A DNA stretch of 64,000 nt from IMG/VR virus record IMGVR_UViG_3300044974_000806; one strand, 5' to 3'. Below the pieces are notes generated by a model. The model was not told the origin of the DNA. It worked only from the letters and a program-made list of their open reading frames with translations, and did no database searches. The translations under genes were made by a program, and so were the position numbers. The DNA is from a virus. This document shows positions 30,599-39,096 of this stretch, piece after piece; the stretch's first letter is position 1; every line of letters begins with the position of its first letter.

Positions 30599-30997
30599 AT
30601 GAAAATCCATGTTGAAGGAGACCCAAAGCTAAAGAACAATTCAGGTAAACAATATTCAATGTTTATCGGAAGATGGCAACCATGGCACAATGGACACAAA
30701 TGGTTAATTGACCAAAGATTAAATGAAGGTAAGAATGTTCTTATTTGTATAAGAGATATTGAACCAAATGAAAAGAATCCATTTACTGCGGAGGAGGTTG
30801 AGGCAAACATTAAACGTGAGTTGTGGCAACTAATTGGAAATGAAAGAGTTAAGGTTATGATTATACCTGACATCGAATCTGTCAACTTTGGTAGGGGAGT
30901 TGGTTATGATATAATTGAACACATACCACCACAAGAAGTTTCAGATATATCTGCAACAAAGATTAGAGAACAATTAAAAGAAGAAGGTAAATTATGA
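30599..30997 (+). CDS. HxGH-motif nucleotidyltransferase, NMNAT / cytidylyltransferase-like.
   Basis: FIGRWQPWHNGH resembles the GRFQPFHxGH motif of archaeal-type NMN adenylyltransferases and cytidylyltransferases. Confidence 0.55.
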   Translation: MKIHVEGDPKLKNNSGKQYSMFIGRWQPWHNGHKWLIDQRLNEGKNVLICIRDIEPNEKNPFTAEEVEANIKRELWQLIGNERVKVMIIPDIESVNFGRGVGYDIIEHIPPQEVSDISATKIREQLKEEGKL

Positions 30998-31848
30998 TTG
31001 AAATAAATAAGATAATTAATGGAGATTGTATTGAGGAAATGGGTAAAATGCCAGAGTCATCAATTGACCTTTTGGTTACATCACCACCTTATAACGTTGG
31101 AATTGACTATGATACTCACGATGACAATCAGTCCATGGAAGATTATTGGCAATTTACTGAGGATTGGTTGACTCAATCATTTAGAATACTGAAGGATGAC
31201 GGTAGAATTGCTATTAACATTCCTTATGAAGTTAATGTACAAGACAGAGGAGGAAGAGTATTATTCATGTCTGAATTTTGGACGATAATGAAAAAGGTTG
31301 GATTTAAGTTTTATGGACTTGTTGACCTTGATGAGAACTCTCCACACAGAAGTAAAACCACCGCTTGGGGTTCTTGGATGTCACCGTCATCACCATATAT
31401 CTATAATCCAAAAGAGTGTGTTATCCTTGCTTACAAGAAAGATAGAATCAAAAAAGTTAAGGGAGAACCTCAATGGGTTGCAGAAGTTGTTGATGTTGAA
31501 CAAGAAGACGGAACCATAAAAAAGAAGAATGTTTATCAAGATGAAGACAAGAAAGAGTTTATGAGTTTAGTGTACGGACAATGGGAATACTTTGCAGATA
31601 CTAAACAACAAACCAAAGCCACATTCTCAATGGACATTCCAATGAAAGCTATAAAAATTCTTACATACAAAAATGATATTGTTTTGGACCCATTCTGTGG
31701 TTCAGGAACAAGTATGGTTGCGGCTGTTGTTGGTGACCGAAGATGGGTTGGAATTGAATTAAGTCCAAACTATTGTGATGTTGCAAGAAAACGAGTTCAA
31801 CACTTTGTTGACCTTAAAAAACAAGGAGTTTTAAACTTCGGTGAATAA
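30994..31848 (+). CDS. DNA methyltransferase of the N6_N4_Mtase family (SPPY motif). Orphan methyltransferase.
   Basis: DLLVTSPPYNVGIDY (motif IV) and C-terminal LDPFCGSGTSMVAA (motif I), in beta-class order. No adjacent restriction endonuclease is recognisable. Confidence 0.8.
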   Translation: MIEINKIINGDCIEEMGKMPESSIDLLVTSPPYNVGIDYDTHDDNQSMEDYWQFTEDWLTQSFRILKDDGRIAINIPYEVNVQDRGGRVLFMSEFWTIMKKVGFKFYGLVDLDENSPHRSKTTAWGSWMSPSSPYIYNPKECVILAYKKDRIKKVKGEPQWVAEVVDVEQEDGTIKKKNVYQDEDKKEFMSLVYGQWEYFADTKQQTKATFSMDIPMKAIKILTYKNDIVLDPFCGSGTSMVAAVVGDRRWVGIELSPNYCDVARKRVQHFVDLKKQGVLNFGE

Positions 31849-31866
31849 TATAATAATACATAAACA

Positions 31867-31893
31867 TAAAAAGGTCCAAAAGACCTTTTTTTT
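31867..31893 (+). terminator. Rho-independent terminator.
   Basis: AAAAAGGTC-caaaa-GACCTTTTTTTT. Confidence 0.6.
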
Positions 31894-31925
31894 GTTTCTA
31901 TGAATATTTATTAAGAAAAACATTA

Positions 31926-32999
31926 ATGGCTGAAATAATAATAACCGAACGTCAACTACAATTAATCAAAGAAAAAACCCTTTCAGAATACACAGATGAA
32001 AATGGTGAGTTGATTAATGAGGCGGCTTGGTATAATACTGTAATGGACATATTAGGTATTATTGACCCAACACCTGTTGTTGATATCATCAACGCCACAT
32101 CATACTTCATTCAAGGAGACACACTTTTTGGTATTCTAACAATAGTTGGGGCAATACCATACGCTGGTGATTTTGTTGCCAAACCTGTTTTAGGTGCCCT
32201 TAAAATTGGTGGACCATCTGTTAAAGCTTTGGAATCGGCAATAAAAATGTCCAAGGGAGCTGCGGTAGGTAGTAAAGAATACAAAGCGGCTCAAGAGACA
32301 ATTGAAAGATTGGCTAAAGAACCTGGTGTTATTGGAAGTTTCTTACAAAAAATGGGTGGAGGTTTTGGTGACAAGGTTATTAAAACAATTGACGAAATTC
32401 CTGCAGGACCATTCAAAGGAATGAAAGATACAATAAAAAGTTATTTCCAATTGTTAGGTAATGCTGGTAAAAAAAGTGTTATGTTCCAAAAAAGAGCTGG
32501 GGTTCTTGCAAAAAACTTCCAAAAAGGAACTGCCGCTGTCAAAGATGTTGAACTTCTAAAAAATTATCTTAAAACTCAAAAAGTATTTAATCCCGCCACT
32601 CTTACTAAACCAGGATTCTTTACAAATGTATTTTTTGGGGGGATTCCAAGATTATTTAGAAGCCCATCCCAAAGAAGATTAAGAATTTTAATGCAATCTA
32701 CAAAATGGTGGTTAGGATTCCTTGATTACATTGGATTAGGTAACTGGGTAGGTGCTGAAGAATTAGCTAAAAAAATGGGAGAAGAAAATTTTAATAATAA
32801 AGTTGAAGAATATAATCAAACACCCGAGGCTAAACAAAACTTTGAGGACCAATTTGGAACTGAAAACATGCAAGGTCAAACAAATAATCAACAAAGTACC
32901 ACTTCATCAACAACAACATCATCACCTGACATAGACCCATTTGCTAAGTGGTTAAGAAATTTATTGATGGGACAAGTAAATCCAGTTCCTGGAATGTAA
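31926..32999 (+). CDS. Hypothetical protein.
   Basis: 357 aa protein with a Gly/Ala-rich centre and a Thr/Ser-rich C-terminal stretch. Confidence 0.45.
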   Translation: MAEIIITERQLQLIKEKTLSEYTDENGELINEAAWYNTVMDILGIIDPTPVVDIINATSYFIQGDTLFGILTIVGAIPYAGDFVAKPVLGALKIGGPSVKALESAIKMSKGAAVGSKEYKAAQETIERLAKEPGVIGSFLQKMGGGFGDKVIKTIDEIPAGPFKGMKDTIKSYFQLLGNAGKKSVMFQKRAGVLAKNFQKGTAAVKDVELLKNYLKTQKVFNPATLTKPGFFTNVFFGGIPRLFRSPSQRRLRILMQSTKWWLGFLDYIGLGNWVGAEELAKKMGEENFNNKVEEYNQTPEAKQNFEDQFGTENMQGQTNNQQSTTSSTTTSSPDIDPFAKWLRNLLMGQVNPVPGM

Positions 33000-33384
33000 A
33001 ATATTAAGAAATGAAAGAAGAATTAATAAAAAAATTAGTACAAATACAATTACAATGGAAGTTTTTACATTGGCAAACTTTTGGTGATGCCAAACATAGA
33101 TTGTATGGTGAAATTTATGATGGTTTAGGTGATTTAATTGATGAGTTTACAGAAACTATGATGGGAAAATATGGTAGACCCGAGTTTGACCCTGAATTTG
33201 CTTTAATGTTTCAAGACATTAAATCATTGAGTATTCAAAACTTCATGGATGGAATTACTGAATTTTTGGTGAGTTTCTCAGACCAATTGGATTCAAGATA
33301 TGATACCGACCTATTAAATATAAGAGACGAAATGTTAGGTTTAATTAATAAATCTAAATTCTTGTTAACATTAAAATACTAATC

Positions 33385-33720
33385 ATGGCAAAAAAAATTA
33401 TAAGATTAACCGAAGCTGATTTAACCAAATTAGTTAAAAGAGTTATAAAGGAGCAAAATCAAATGAGTGGCGAAGAAGTATTTGAAATCCAAAACGCCTT
33501 AAATGATTATTTCAAAATGAAAGGAATCAAACTTAGAATTCCTACAGATGCAAAGTGGGGACCAGCCACAGTAAACGCTTTGAAAGAATTCCAAAAAAGA
33601 GAAGGTATTGACCCCGACGGTATTGCAGGACCTAATACATATAAAGCACTTCACAAATTAGGATTAAACCAAGATATTATTGATAAGGCAATTGCTTGGA
33701 TTGGTAAACTGTTTGGATAA
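33385..33720 (+). CDS. Small protein with a peptidoglycan-binding domain (PG_binding_1-like).
   Basis: GPATVNALKEFQKREGIDPDGIAGPNTYKAL is the PG_binding_1 signature. Confidence 0.5.
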   Translation: MAKKIIRLTEADLTKLVKRVIKEQNQMSGEEVFEIQNALNDYFKMKGIKLRIPTDAKWGPATVNALKEFQKREGIDPDGIAGPNTYKALHKLGLNQDIIDKAIAWIGKLFG

Positions 33721-33723
33721 TCT

Positions 33724-35142
33724 GTGAGAAAAATAATTAACGAAAGCGGATTAAGAGATATTTCAGCCTTAAGTAAAAGATACCCTAAGGCTGAAATATA
33801 TTTTCACCAAGACTTAGATGGTGTTACAACTGCGATTGCAATGAAGAAATACCTTGAGGACAATGGTATTGATGTTGTCGGTGCACACGTAATTCAATAT
33901 GGGGACAAAGAATTTTCAGTTAAGAAAAACGATGCTCAAGGAGATACAATGCCAGTTCTTGTTGATTTTGCTCACGGTAAACCAATGTTTGTTATTCATA
34001 CAGACCATCACGATAGACAAGCTGGAGCTGAGGATACAAAATCAACATCATTTAGACCTTCTCGTTCAAATGTTGAAACCATATCTCAAGTTGTTTCGCC
34101 AAAAGACTTATTTCCCTCATCAGACATTTTACTGATTAGCACTGTCGATTCAGCAGATTTTGCCAAATACAATATCACACCTACTGAGGTTGTGAACTAT
34201 CTTTATAGGGTTGATAAAGAAAAACCACTACAAAAGAATAAGATGTTGCTTGGATTGGTAATAAATAAATTATTATTAGCTTTCAAAAACAAACCAGGAT
34301 TTTTAGAAGGATTAGTTATGGATTCAGAGCCATCACTTTTATCCATCTTGAATAATATTAAATCTTGGATGAAAAACACAAACGCGGCATCACCAGAAGA
34401 ACTACAAAAAAATGCAGAAGAATACGCAAAACAAATGAAGGACTATCCGACCGTCTCGGACAACATTATATTCCAGTACGGTGGAGGTAGCATGTTTAAG
34501 CCTGGGTCTTATGACAGGTATACCCCATTCAGAAATAATCCTGAAGCAGACTTTCTTATTATGGCATGGCCGATGGGTCTCGTTCAAGCGTCTTGTAACC
34601 CTTTTAAGAAAGAAAGAGAACTTAAAGGTGTTAATCTCGGGGAAATAGCTCAAGAAGTTTTATCCAAGTGGGAAGACCAATTAAAAACAAAAACAATTCC
34701 ACTCTCAACTATTAAATGGGTTAGCGAGACAAGTGTTGGACCTGAGAGTATTGGTTTTACATTTAAAGATTTTGATGCTCTTTATGGTGGAAAAATTATG
34801 TTCATGGAAAATGGAGAACAAATTTTAAATCACATTAAAGATATGATGGAAACACCATTTAAAGATTTAAGTGAGGAACACAGACAAATGTTAGATAAGA
34901 TTGGTATCAATGCTTGGGACTTAATTCAGTCAAACTCAGGGGGACACAAATGTATTACTAACATATCAGGACTTAATTACTTAGGAAGAAGTACGAGACC
35001 GCCTCAAGGTCAATACAGATACAATCCTGATAAAGATGATTCACCATCTGTTAAGTTTACCAAAATGATTGCAACACAATTCCAAAAAGTTTTGAAAGAA
35101 AAAATCGAACAATCAAAACAATCTGTTGAAACAACTAAATAA
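33724..35142 (+). CDS. DHH-superfamily phosphoesterase-like protein.
   Basis: GTG start. YFHQDLDGVTTAIAM resembles DHH motif I/II and VIHTDHHD resembles the DHH motif. The fit is partial. Confidence 0.45.
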   Translation: MRKIINESGLRDISALSKRYPKAEIYFHQDLDGVTTAIAMKKYLEDNGIDVVGAHVIQYGDKEFSVKKNDAQGDTMPVLVDFAHGKPMFVIHTDHHDRQAGAEDTKSTSFRPSRSNVETISQVVSPKDLFPSSDILLISTVDSADFAKYNITPTEVVNYLYRVDKEKPLQKNKMLLGLVINKLLLAFKNKPGFLEGLVMDSEPSLLSILNNIKSWMKNTNAASPEELQKNAEEYAKQMKDYPTVSDNIIFQYGGGSMFKPGSYDRYTPFRNNPEADFLIMAWPMGLVQASCNPFKKERELKGVNLGEIAQEVLSKWEDQLKTKTIPLSTIKWVSETSVGPESIGFTFKDFDALYGGKIMFMENGEQILNHIKDMMETPFKDLSEEHRQMLDKIGINAWDLIQSNSGGHKCITNISGLNYLGRSTRPPQGQYRYNPDKDDSPSVKFTKMIATQFQKVLKEKIEQSKQSVETTK

Positions 35143-35153
35143 GTTTTTTATAT

Positions 35154-35714
35154 TTGTGTATGGCAAAGAAAATATACACAAAAACAGGAGACCAAGGTCT
35201 AACTTCATTATTGGGGGGTACTAAAGTACCAAAGAACGATTGGAGAATTGAGGCATATGGTACGGTAGATGAATTGAATTCATTTATTGGTCTTTTAGGG
35301 GACAAATTACAAAGTAACAACTCTTCATTTTCATTCAGTTTTTTAGAGTTAGAAAAAATTCAAAACAATTTATTCAAAATTGGTTCTGTTTTGTCTTATG
35401 ACATGACCGCTGATTTAAAAATTGAACTACCAAATGTAACCGAAGCGGACGTTAAGAATTTGGAAGACTGGATGGATACAATGGAGTTAACATTACAGCC
35501 TTTGAAAAACTTTATCATACCAGGTGGACACGAGGCGGTTTCATTGGCTCATGTGTGTAGAACAGTATCAAGAAGAGCGGAAAGAAATACCGTACAAGCA
35601 ATTCAATATCCAATCATTATGAAATACATCAACAGATTGAGTGATTACTTCTTCATGTTGAGTAGATATATTGCTTCAGAGGTTGGAGTAGAGGAAAAAA
35701 TTTGGAAAGGTTAA
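35154..35714 (+). CDS. ATP:cob(I)alamin adenosyltransferase, PduO-type (Cob_adeno_trans family).
   Basis: The N-terminus KIYTKTGDQGLTSLLGGTKVPKNDWRIEAYGTVDELNSFIGLL closely follows the PduO/MMAB consensus IYT+TGD.G.TSL..G.RV.K...R.EAYG.VDELNS.IG. Confidence 0.7.
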   Translation: MCMAKKIYTKTGDQGLTSLLGGTKVPKNDWRIEAYGTVDELNSFIGLLGDKLQSNNSSFSFSFLELEKIQNNLFKIGSVLSYDMTADLKIELPNVTEADVKNLEDWMDTMELTLQPLKNFIIPGGHEAVSLAHVCRTVSRRAERNTVQAIQYPIIMKYINRLSDYFFMLSRYIASEVGVEEKIWKG

Positions 35715-36079
35715 TCCAAGATATATTCAACTGAATCACCAGCCTGAATGTTTTTGATTTCACAGGTACCACCTTCGACTTCTAATACTATATTACCATT
35801 ACCACAATAAGAAGGACAGTCAAACTCGTCATCACAAGGAGGGCAACTATGATGAATATTCACAATCACGTTATTTTTAATAACAATGATGTCTAATGGT
35901 ATTAAACAATTTTTCATCCAAAAACATTGTTTCTTACCTCCCATCAAAAACAATAAACCATTAAAGGTTTCATCGAAAGTTTTCCCCATCATTCCAATTG
36001 ATTGGGATTTTTCATCGATAAGTGTTTTGACTTTAAATATATTTTTATTAATTTTGACTTTCATACTAAATAAATACAA
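35711..36079 (-). CDS. DUF192 (COG1430) family protein.
   Basis: GMMGKT...GLLFL...CFWMKNCLIPLDIIVIKNN resembles the DUF192 core GLM.R...GMLF.F....FWMKNT.IPLD. Confidence 0.45.
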   Translation of the reverse strand: MYLFSMKVKINKNIFKVKTLIDEKSQSIGMMGKTFDETFNGLLFLMGGKKQCFWMKNCLIPLDIIVIKNNVIVNIHHSCPPCDDEFDCPSYCGNGNIVLEVEGGTCEIKNIQAGDSVEYILD

Positions 36080-36498
36080 TGGAAAAGAAAAGGTACGTAG
36101 GTGTTATGGTTAAATGTAAAGATAAGATACTTCTTTGCAAAAGAAATAACCAAGGTTCATTCCCAGGTATGTGGTCCATCCCTGGCGGAAAGTTGGAAGA
36201 TAATGAAACCACACAAGAGGGGGCAAAAAGAGAATTCTTAGAGGAAACCGCTGTAGACATTTCTGATATGGACTTACAATTCATTGGTTTAATACCAAGA
36301 CATACTCGTGACGGTAAGAAGGTTAAAGGTCTTATGTATGTGTATCTTTTGACTGTTGAAAATGAAATCGAACCTGATTTGGAAAAAGCGATTGACGGTA
36401 ATGAACATACTGAATGGGATTATTTTCCATTAAGTGGAATCAAACCTGAAAATAGCGGTGAATATATGTATAAACTTGCAGAAATTATATTAAAATGA
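36079..36498 (+). CDS. NUDIX hydrolase.
   Basis: NUDIX box GGKLEDNETTQEGAKREFLEETAV (Gx5Ex7REUxEExGU). Confidence 0.8.
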   Translation: MEKKRYVGVMVKCKDKILLCKRNNQGSFPGMWSIPGGKLEDNETTQEGAKREFLEETAVDISDMDLQFIGLIPRHTRDGKKVKGLMYVYLLTVENEIEPDLEKAIDGNEHTEWDYFPLSGIKPENSGEYMYKLAEIILK

Positions 36499-36616
36499 TT
36501 ACAGTAGTATTGTCATTAATTGGTGTTGTTATATTTGTTGGAGTATATGGATGGATTTCAATCAACAGACAAATAAAAAATATGATTGATGATATTGATT
36601 TTTAAAAAAAATGTTC

Positions 36617-36624
36617 TATCTTTG
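36617..36624 (+). promoter_or_regulatory. Bacteroidetes-type -7 promoter element TATCTTTG.
   Basis: Matches the TAnnTTTG consensus of Bacteroidota sigma-A promoters. An upstream TTTG lies at the expected spacing. Confidence 0.45.
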
Positions 36625-36625
36625 T

Positions 36626-36700
36626 AGAACTTTTGGGGGAAATGGAGATATTTATATGTTCATGTCCGAAAGGACGAACACCCCAAAATAAGTTTCATAA
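36626..36700 (+). ncRNA. Candidate small structured RNA (promoter-proximal hairpin transcript).
   Basis: TTTTGGGGG ... CCCCAAAA long-range stem enclosing a GTCC-gaaa-GGAC hairpin. It lies directly downstream of a promoter motif and has no ORF. Confidence 0.25.
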
Positions 36701-36723
36701 AAAAAAGATTTGATTGTTTGAAA

Positions 36724-36731
36724 AAACATTC
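36724..36731 (+). promoter_or_regulatory. Bacteroidetes-type -7 promoter element TACCTTTG.
   Basis: It is part of a roughly 40 nt element TTTGATTGTTT...AAAACATTCTTACCTTTGTGAAAC that is duplicated at 37150-37195. Confidence 0.45.
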
Positions 36732-36738
36732 TTACCTT

Positions 36739-36795
36739 TGTGAAACGAAAATCCCATAAGAAAGTTTTCGAGAGAATTCAAACCTTGTGGGATTT
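36739..36795 (+). ncRNA. Candidate small RNA or terminator hairpin.
   Basis: AAATCCCA ... TGGGATTTTTT stem followed by a U-run, about 10 nt downstream of a promoter motif. Confidence 0.25.
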
Positions 36796-36828
36796 TTTAT
36801 CTGAAGTTCTTTAATATAAAAATATATC

Positions 36829-36899
36829 GCGAGATAGTAGCAGCGGTAGCTCGCAAGGCTCATAACCTTGAGGTCGGGGGTTCGATTCCCTCTCTCGCA
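36829..36899 (+). tRNA. tRNA with anticodon CAT (Met, or Ile if lysidinylated).
   Basis: Acceptor stem GCGAGA/TCTCGC, anticodon stem-loop CAAGG-CTCATAA-CCTTG and T-arm GGGGGTTCGATTCCCTC. No 3-prime CCA is encoded. Confidence 0.75.
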
Positions 36900-36986
36900 A
36901 CTAAGAATAGGTTGACTACGTTAGTCGTAAAATTACGGTTCCCTATTTTTTTTTACAAAGAGTTTGACAAACTGAAAATGTTTTTC

Positions 36987-36994
36987 TATCTTTG
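36987..36994 (+). promoter_or_regulatory. Bacteroidetes-type -7 promoter element TATCTTTG.
   Basis: TAnnTTTG match with an upstream TTTGACAAACTG. Confidence 0.4.
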
Positions 36995-37172
36995 TAGTCC
37001 AATCGGGTAAAACTGATTGGTGTCTTTGACAAACAGACGAATTAGCCTGTCCTATAAAGTGTAGGAGGTCAACAAGATAGTTGGATGATACTATCAAGGA
37101 AGAATGAATTCGTTTAAATCATCAGTCAAAAAAAAAGTTTCTAAAAAGTTTGATTGTTTCCCAAAACATTCT

Positions 37173-37180
37173 TACCTTTG
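37173..37180 (+). promoter_or_regulatory. Bacteroidetes-type -7 promoter element TACCTTTG (duplicate of the 36724 element).
   Basis: Same roughly 40 nt promoter element as at 36706-36745. Confidence 0.45.
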
Positions 37181-37186
37181 TGAAAC

Positions 37187-37292
37187 AAATGAAGGAGACA
37201 GGTTGTAAAGATTCCTGTTGTTGATTATGAGACCTTTGGTTGATTATGAGACTTACTCAGGTTGTAAAGATTCCTTTCTCCTTCATTTTTAA
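37187..37292 (+). ncRNA. Candidate small RNA forming a long imperfect hairpin with internal direct repeats and a U-run.
   Basis: Outer inverted repeat AAATGAAGGAGA / TCTCCTTCATTT encloses two copies each of CAGGTTGTAAAGATTCCT and TTGATTATGAGAC, followed by TTTTT. It starts about 7 nt after a promoter motif. Confidence 0.3.
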
Positions 37293-37319
37293 AAGTACGT
37301 TCTTTGAATTAAAATATTG

Positions 37320-38165
37320 GCGGTCTATAGTCGTTAAATAAACCATGAAAGTGGTATAAAGTGACTTAGTTTGGTTGAACTAAGTTGCGGCTTCCGAAAG
37401 GGAGCTCGAGTAGACAAGCGAGATATCGTTAGACCTTTAGTACCGAGGGTGACACTGTAGGGAAAATGGTTTGACGACCAAGCGATGTGGGTCGTTTGGT
37501 TGAGGTGGGAACACCAATAAGAATAACTCGTAGAACTGTTGCAAGACATATGGTCATCCAACCATACGATTGCGGAGTTCAATATCAGGGTGGTCTTAAA
37601 ATCGAAAGATAAGACCTCGTACAGGTGGTGCTGTTGTAGTCCTTAACTTGACTCTACCAAGAGTTCTGTTATGAAGATGACCCAAAATATCGAGGCAGGG
37701 ATGTCTCAGAGAGTAGTTTAGTATTCTGTTGTTCAAAAGACGACGGAGCTGGCGACGGGCCACTACTTTCTTAATCCACAAACCACTTACTTTGTTAATT
37801 TTGGTTTAACAAAACTATAAATCAGATAAAGGAAAAGTGCTCGTCAGTTCTGGATGACAGGTCACTACATAGTCGTGAGATGTTCACGGCCATGAAGGGT
37901 CCCAAGCCCGACATGATTTTCACCAAAGTTCTCTAATCTCGCAAGGATTAATTGGGGTGGCAACCTCGAAGAGTGATGAGTAATGAGAGAGTGATTCAGA
38001 ACTTAAGGATTGGTTAATCTAATTGACCGTGACTGAGAGTTACTACTCAAAAGGTAGTGGAAATCGGAGGAAATAATAATCTCCCGTAAAGATTCTCAAA
38101 TTAAGGTGTATTCTCAGCCTGAATGCCAAATTGACCCTGACTATTTCCATAGTTGGGGTTTTTTG
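37320..38165 (+). ncRNA. Large GC-rich structured non-coding RNA candidate of about 850 nt. Possibly a GOLLD- or ROOL-like phage ncRNA.
   Basis: About 50% GC against about 33% in the surrounding DNA. No ORF exceeds 82 aa on either strand. There are many local stems (for example GACGACC...GGTCGTT and CTTCC-gaaa-GGGAG). It ends in GGGGTTTTTT and is adjacent to a tRNA in a phage, which is the typical context of GOLLD and ROOL RNAs. Confidence 0.4.
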
Positions 38166-38178
38166 TTATTATTAATTT

Positions 38179-39096
38179 ATGAATGTAATTATGGTAGCTG
38201 AGGACATCAATAAAGATGGCTCATTCAAACAGACAAAGGGGGAAATCATGTGTACGGTTTCCAATCTTGCATTCATAAAACATTATTATCCTGACTTTCA
38301 CACAATACTTTTTGTAGATAAATTTACCAGACCATATTATGAATCGTTCGGTATTACCGAACTGTTCGATGAGGTTAATGATATCATGCTGAACGAACAT
38401 GTTGATATCGATAAAAATGTGTTTTGGGCGGCGGGTAAACTAATGGCTCAAAGAATAACACCAGGACCAACATTAACTATGGATTTGGATTTTTGGGTTC
38501 GAGCTGACATATCAATGTTTGGAATTTTTGATTCAGATATTTCTTGTCTTTGGGTTGAAGAAATAAATGAAAAGTATTACCATAGACATGAGGATGCATT
38601 AAAAAACTCAAACTTAAAAATTGAATGTGATTGGGACCAATATGGAATAAATGTTTCGTTTCTTTATTTAAAAGATGAAGAATTTAAAAATACATATTGT
38701 GATTTATCAATAGAATACATGAAATCAATGTACGGTAAAATACCAAACAATCTTTCATTTGAAGATAAAACAAAATACATTTTATTTGCGGAACAATATC
38801 TTTTGAATCAAATTGCCAAAAAATATGATAAAAAAGTTAAAGTTCTTGTTGATGATTTTTATGACATTACCAATTTGAAACATGTTGAATCCATTGGTGT
38901 TCATATGAAAACTTGTCCAAAATACATTTATCATATGGGTAACCACAAACACGATTACAGAGCAAAGAATAGTTTTGCCCTTGAAGGAATAGAGATATTT
39001 TATAAAACAACCACATCGGTAATAACCGATGATAGGTTTATTAGAGTAATAAATAACATTTATAACAAATCAGAATATGAAGGGTGTTTTTGTTAA
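38179..39096 (+). CDS. Hypothetical protein, paralog A. Possible GT-A-like glycosyltransferase with a DxD motif.
   Basis: A hydrophobic strand followed by DLD (LTMDLDFWV). It shares FWAAGK and MDLDF blocks with the next gene. Confidence 0.45.
   Translation: MNVIMVAEDINKDGSFKQTKGEIMCTVSNLAFIKHYYPDFHTILFVDKFTRPYYESFGITELFDEVNDIMLNEHVDIDKNVFWAAGKLMAQRITPGPTLTMDLDFWVRADISMFGIFDSDISCLWVEEINEKYYHRHEDALKNSNLKIECDWDQYGINVSFLYLKDEEFKNTYCDLSIEYMKSMYGKIPNNLSFEDKTKYILFAEQYLLNQIAKKYDKKVKVLVDDFYDITNLKHVESIGVHMKTCPKYIYHMGNHKHDYRAKNSFALEGIEIFYKTTTSVITDDRFIRVINNIYNKSEYEGCFC

Noticed and set aside
37334-37781. Minus-strand ORFs 37334..37582 and 37596..37781 inside the GC-rich region.
   Set aside because: They are short, with unusual Arg/Leu/Trp-rich composition, no start context, and are embedded in a region better explained as structured RNA.
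37320-38165. Considered whether the GC-rich ncRNA is a tmRNA, RNase P RNA or group I/II intron.
   Set aside because: No tRNA-like 3-prime end with GGTTCGA..CCA or tag ORF was found for a tmRNA. It is not inserted in a host gene, and no intron ORF or flanking split exons were seen. It is too long for 6S RNA. A large ornate phage RNA remains the best guess, but the class is unverified.
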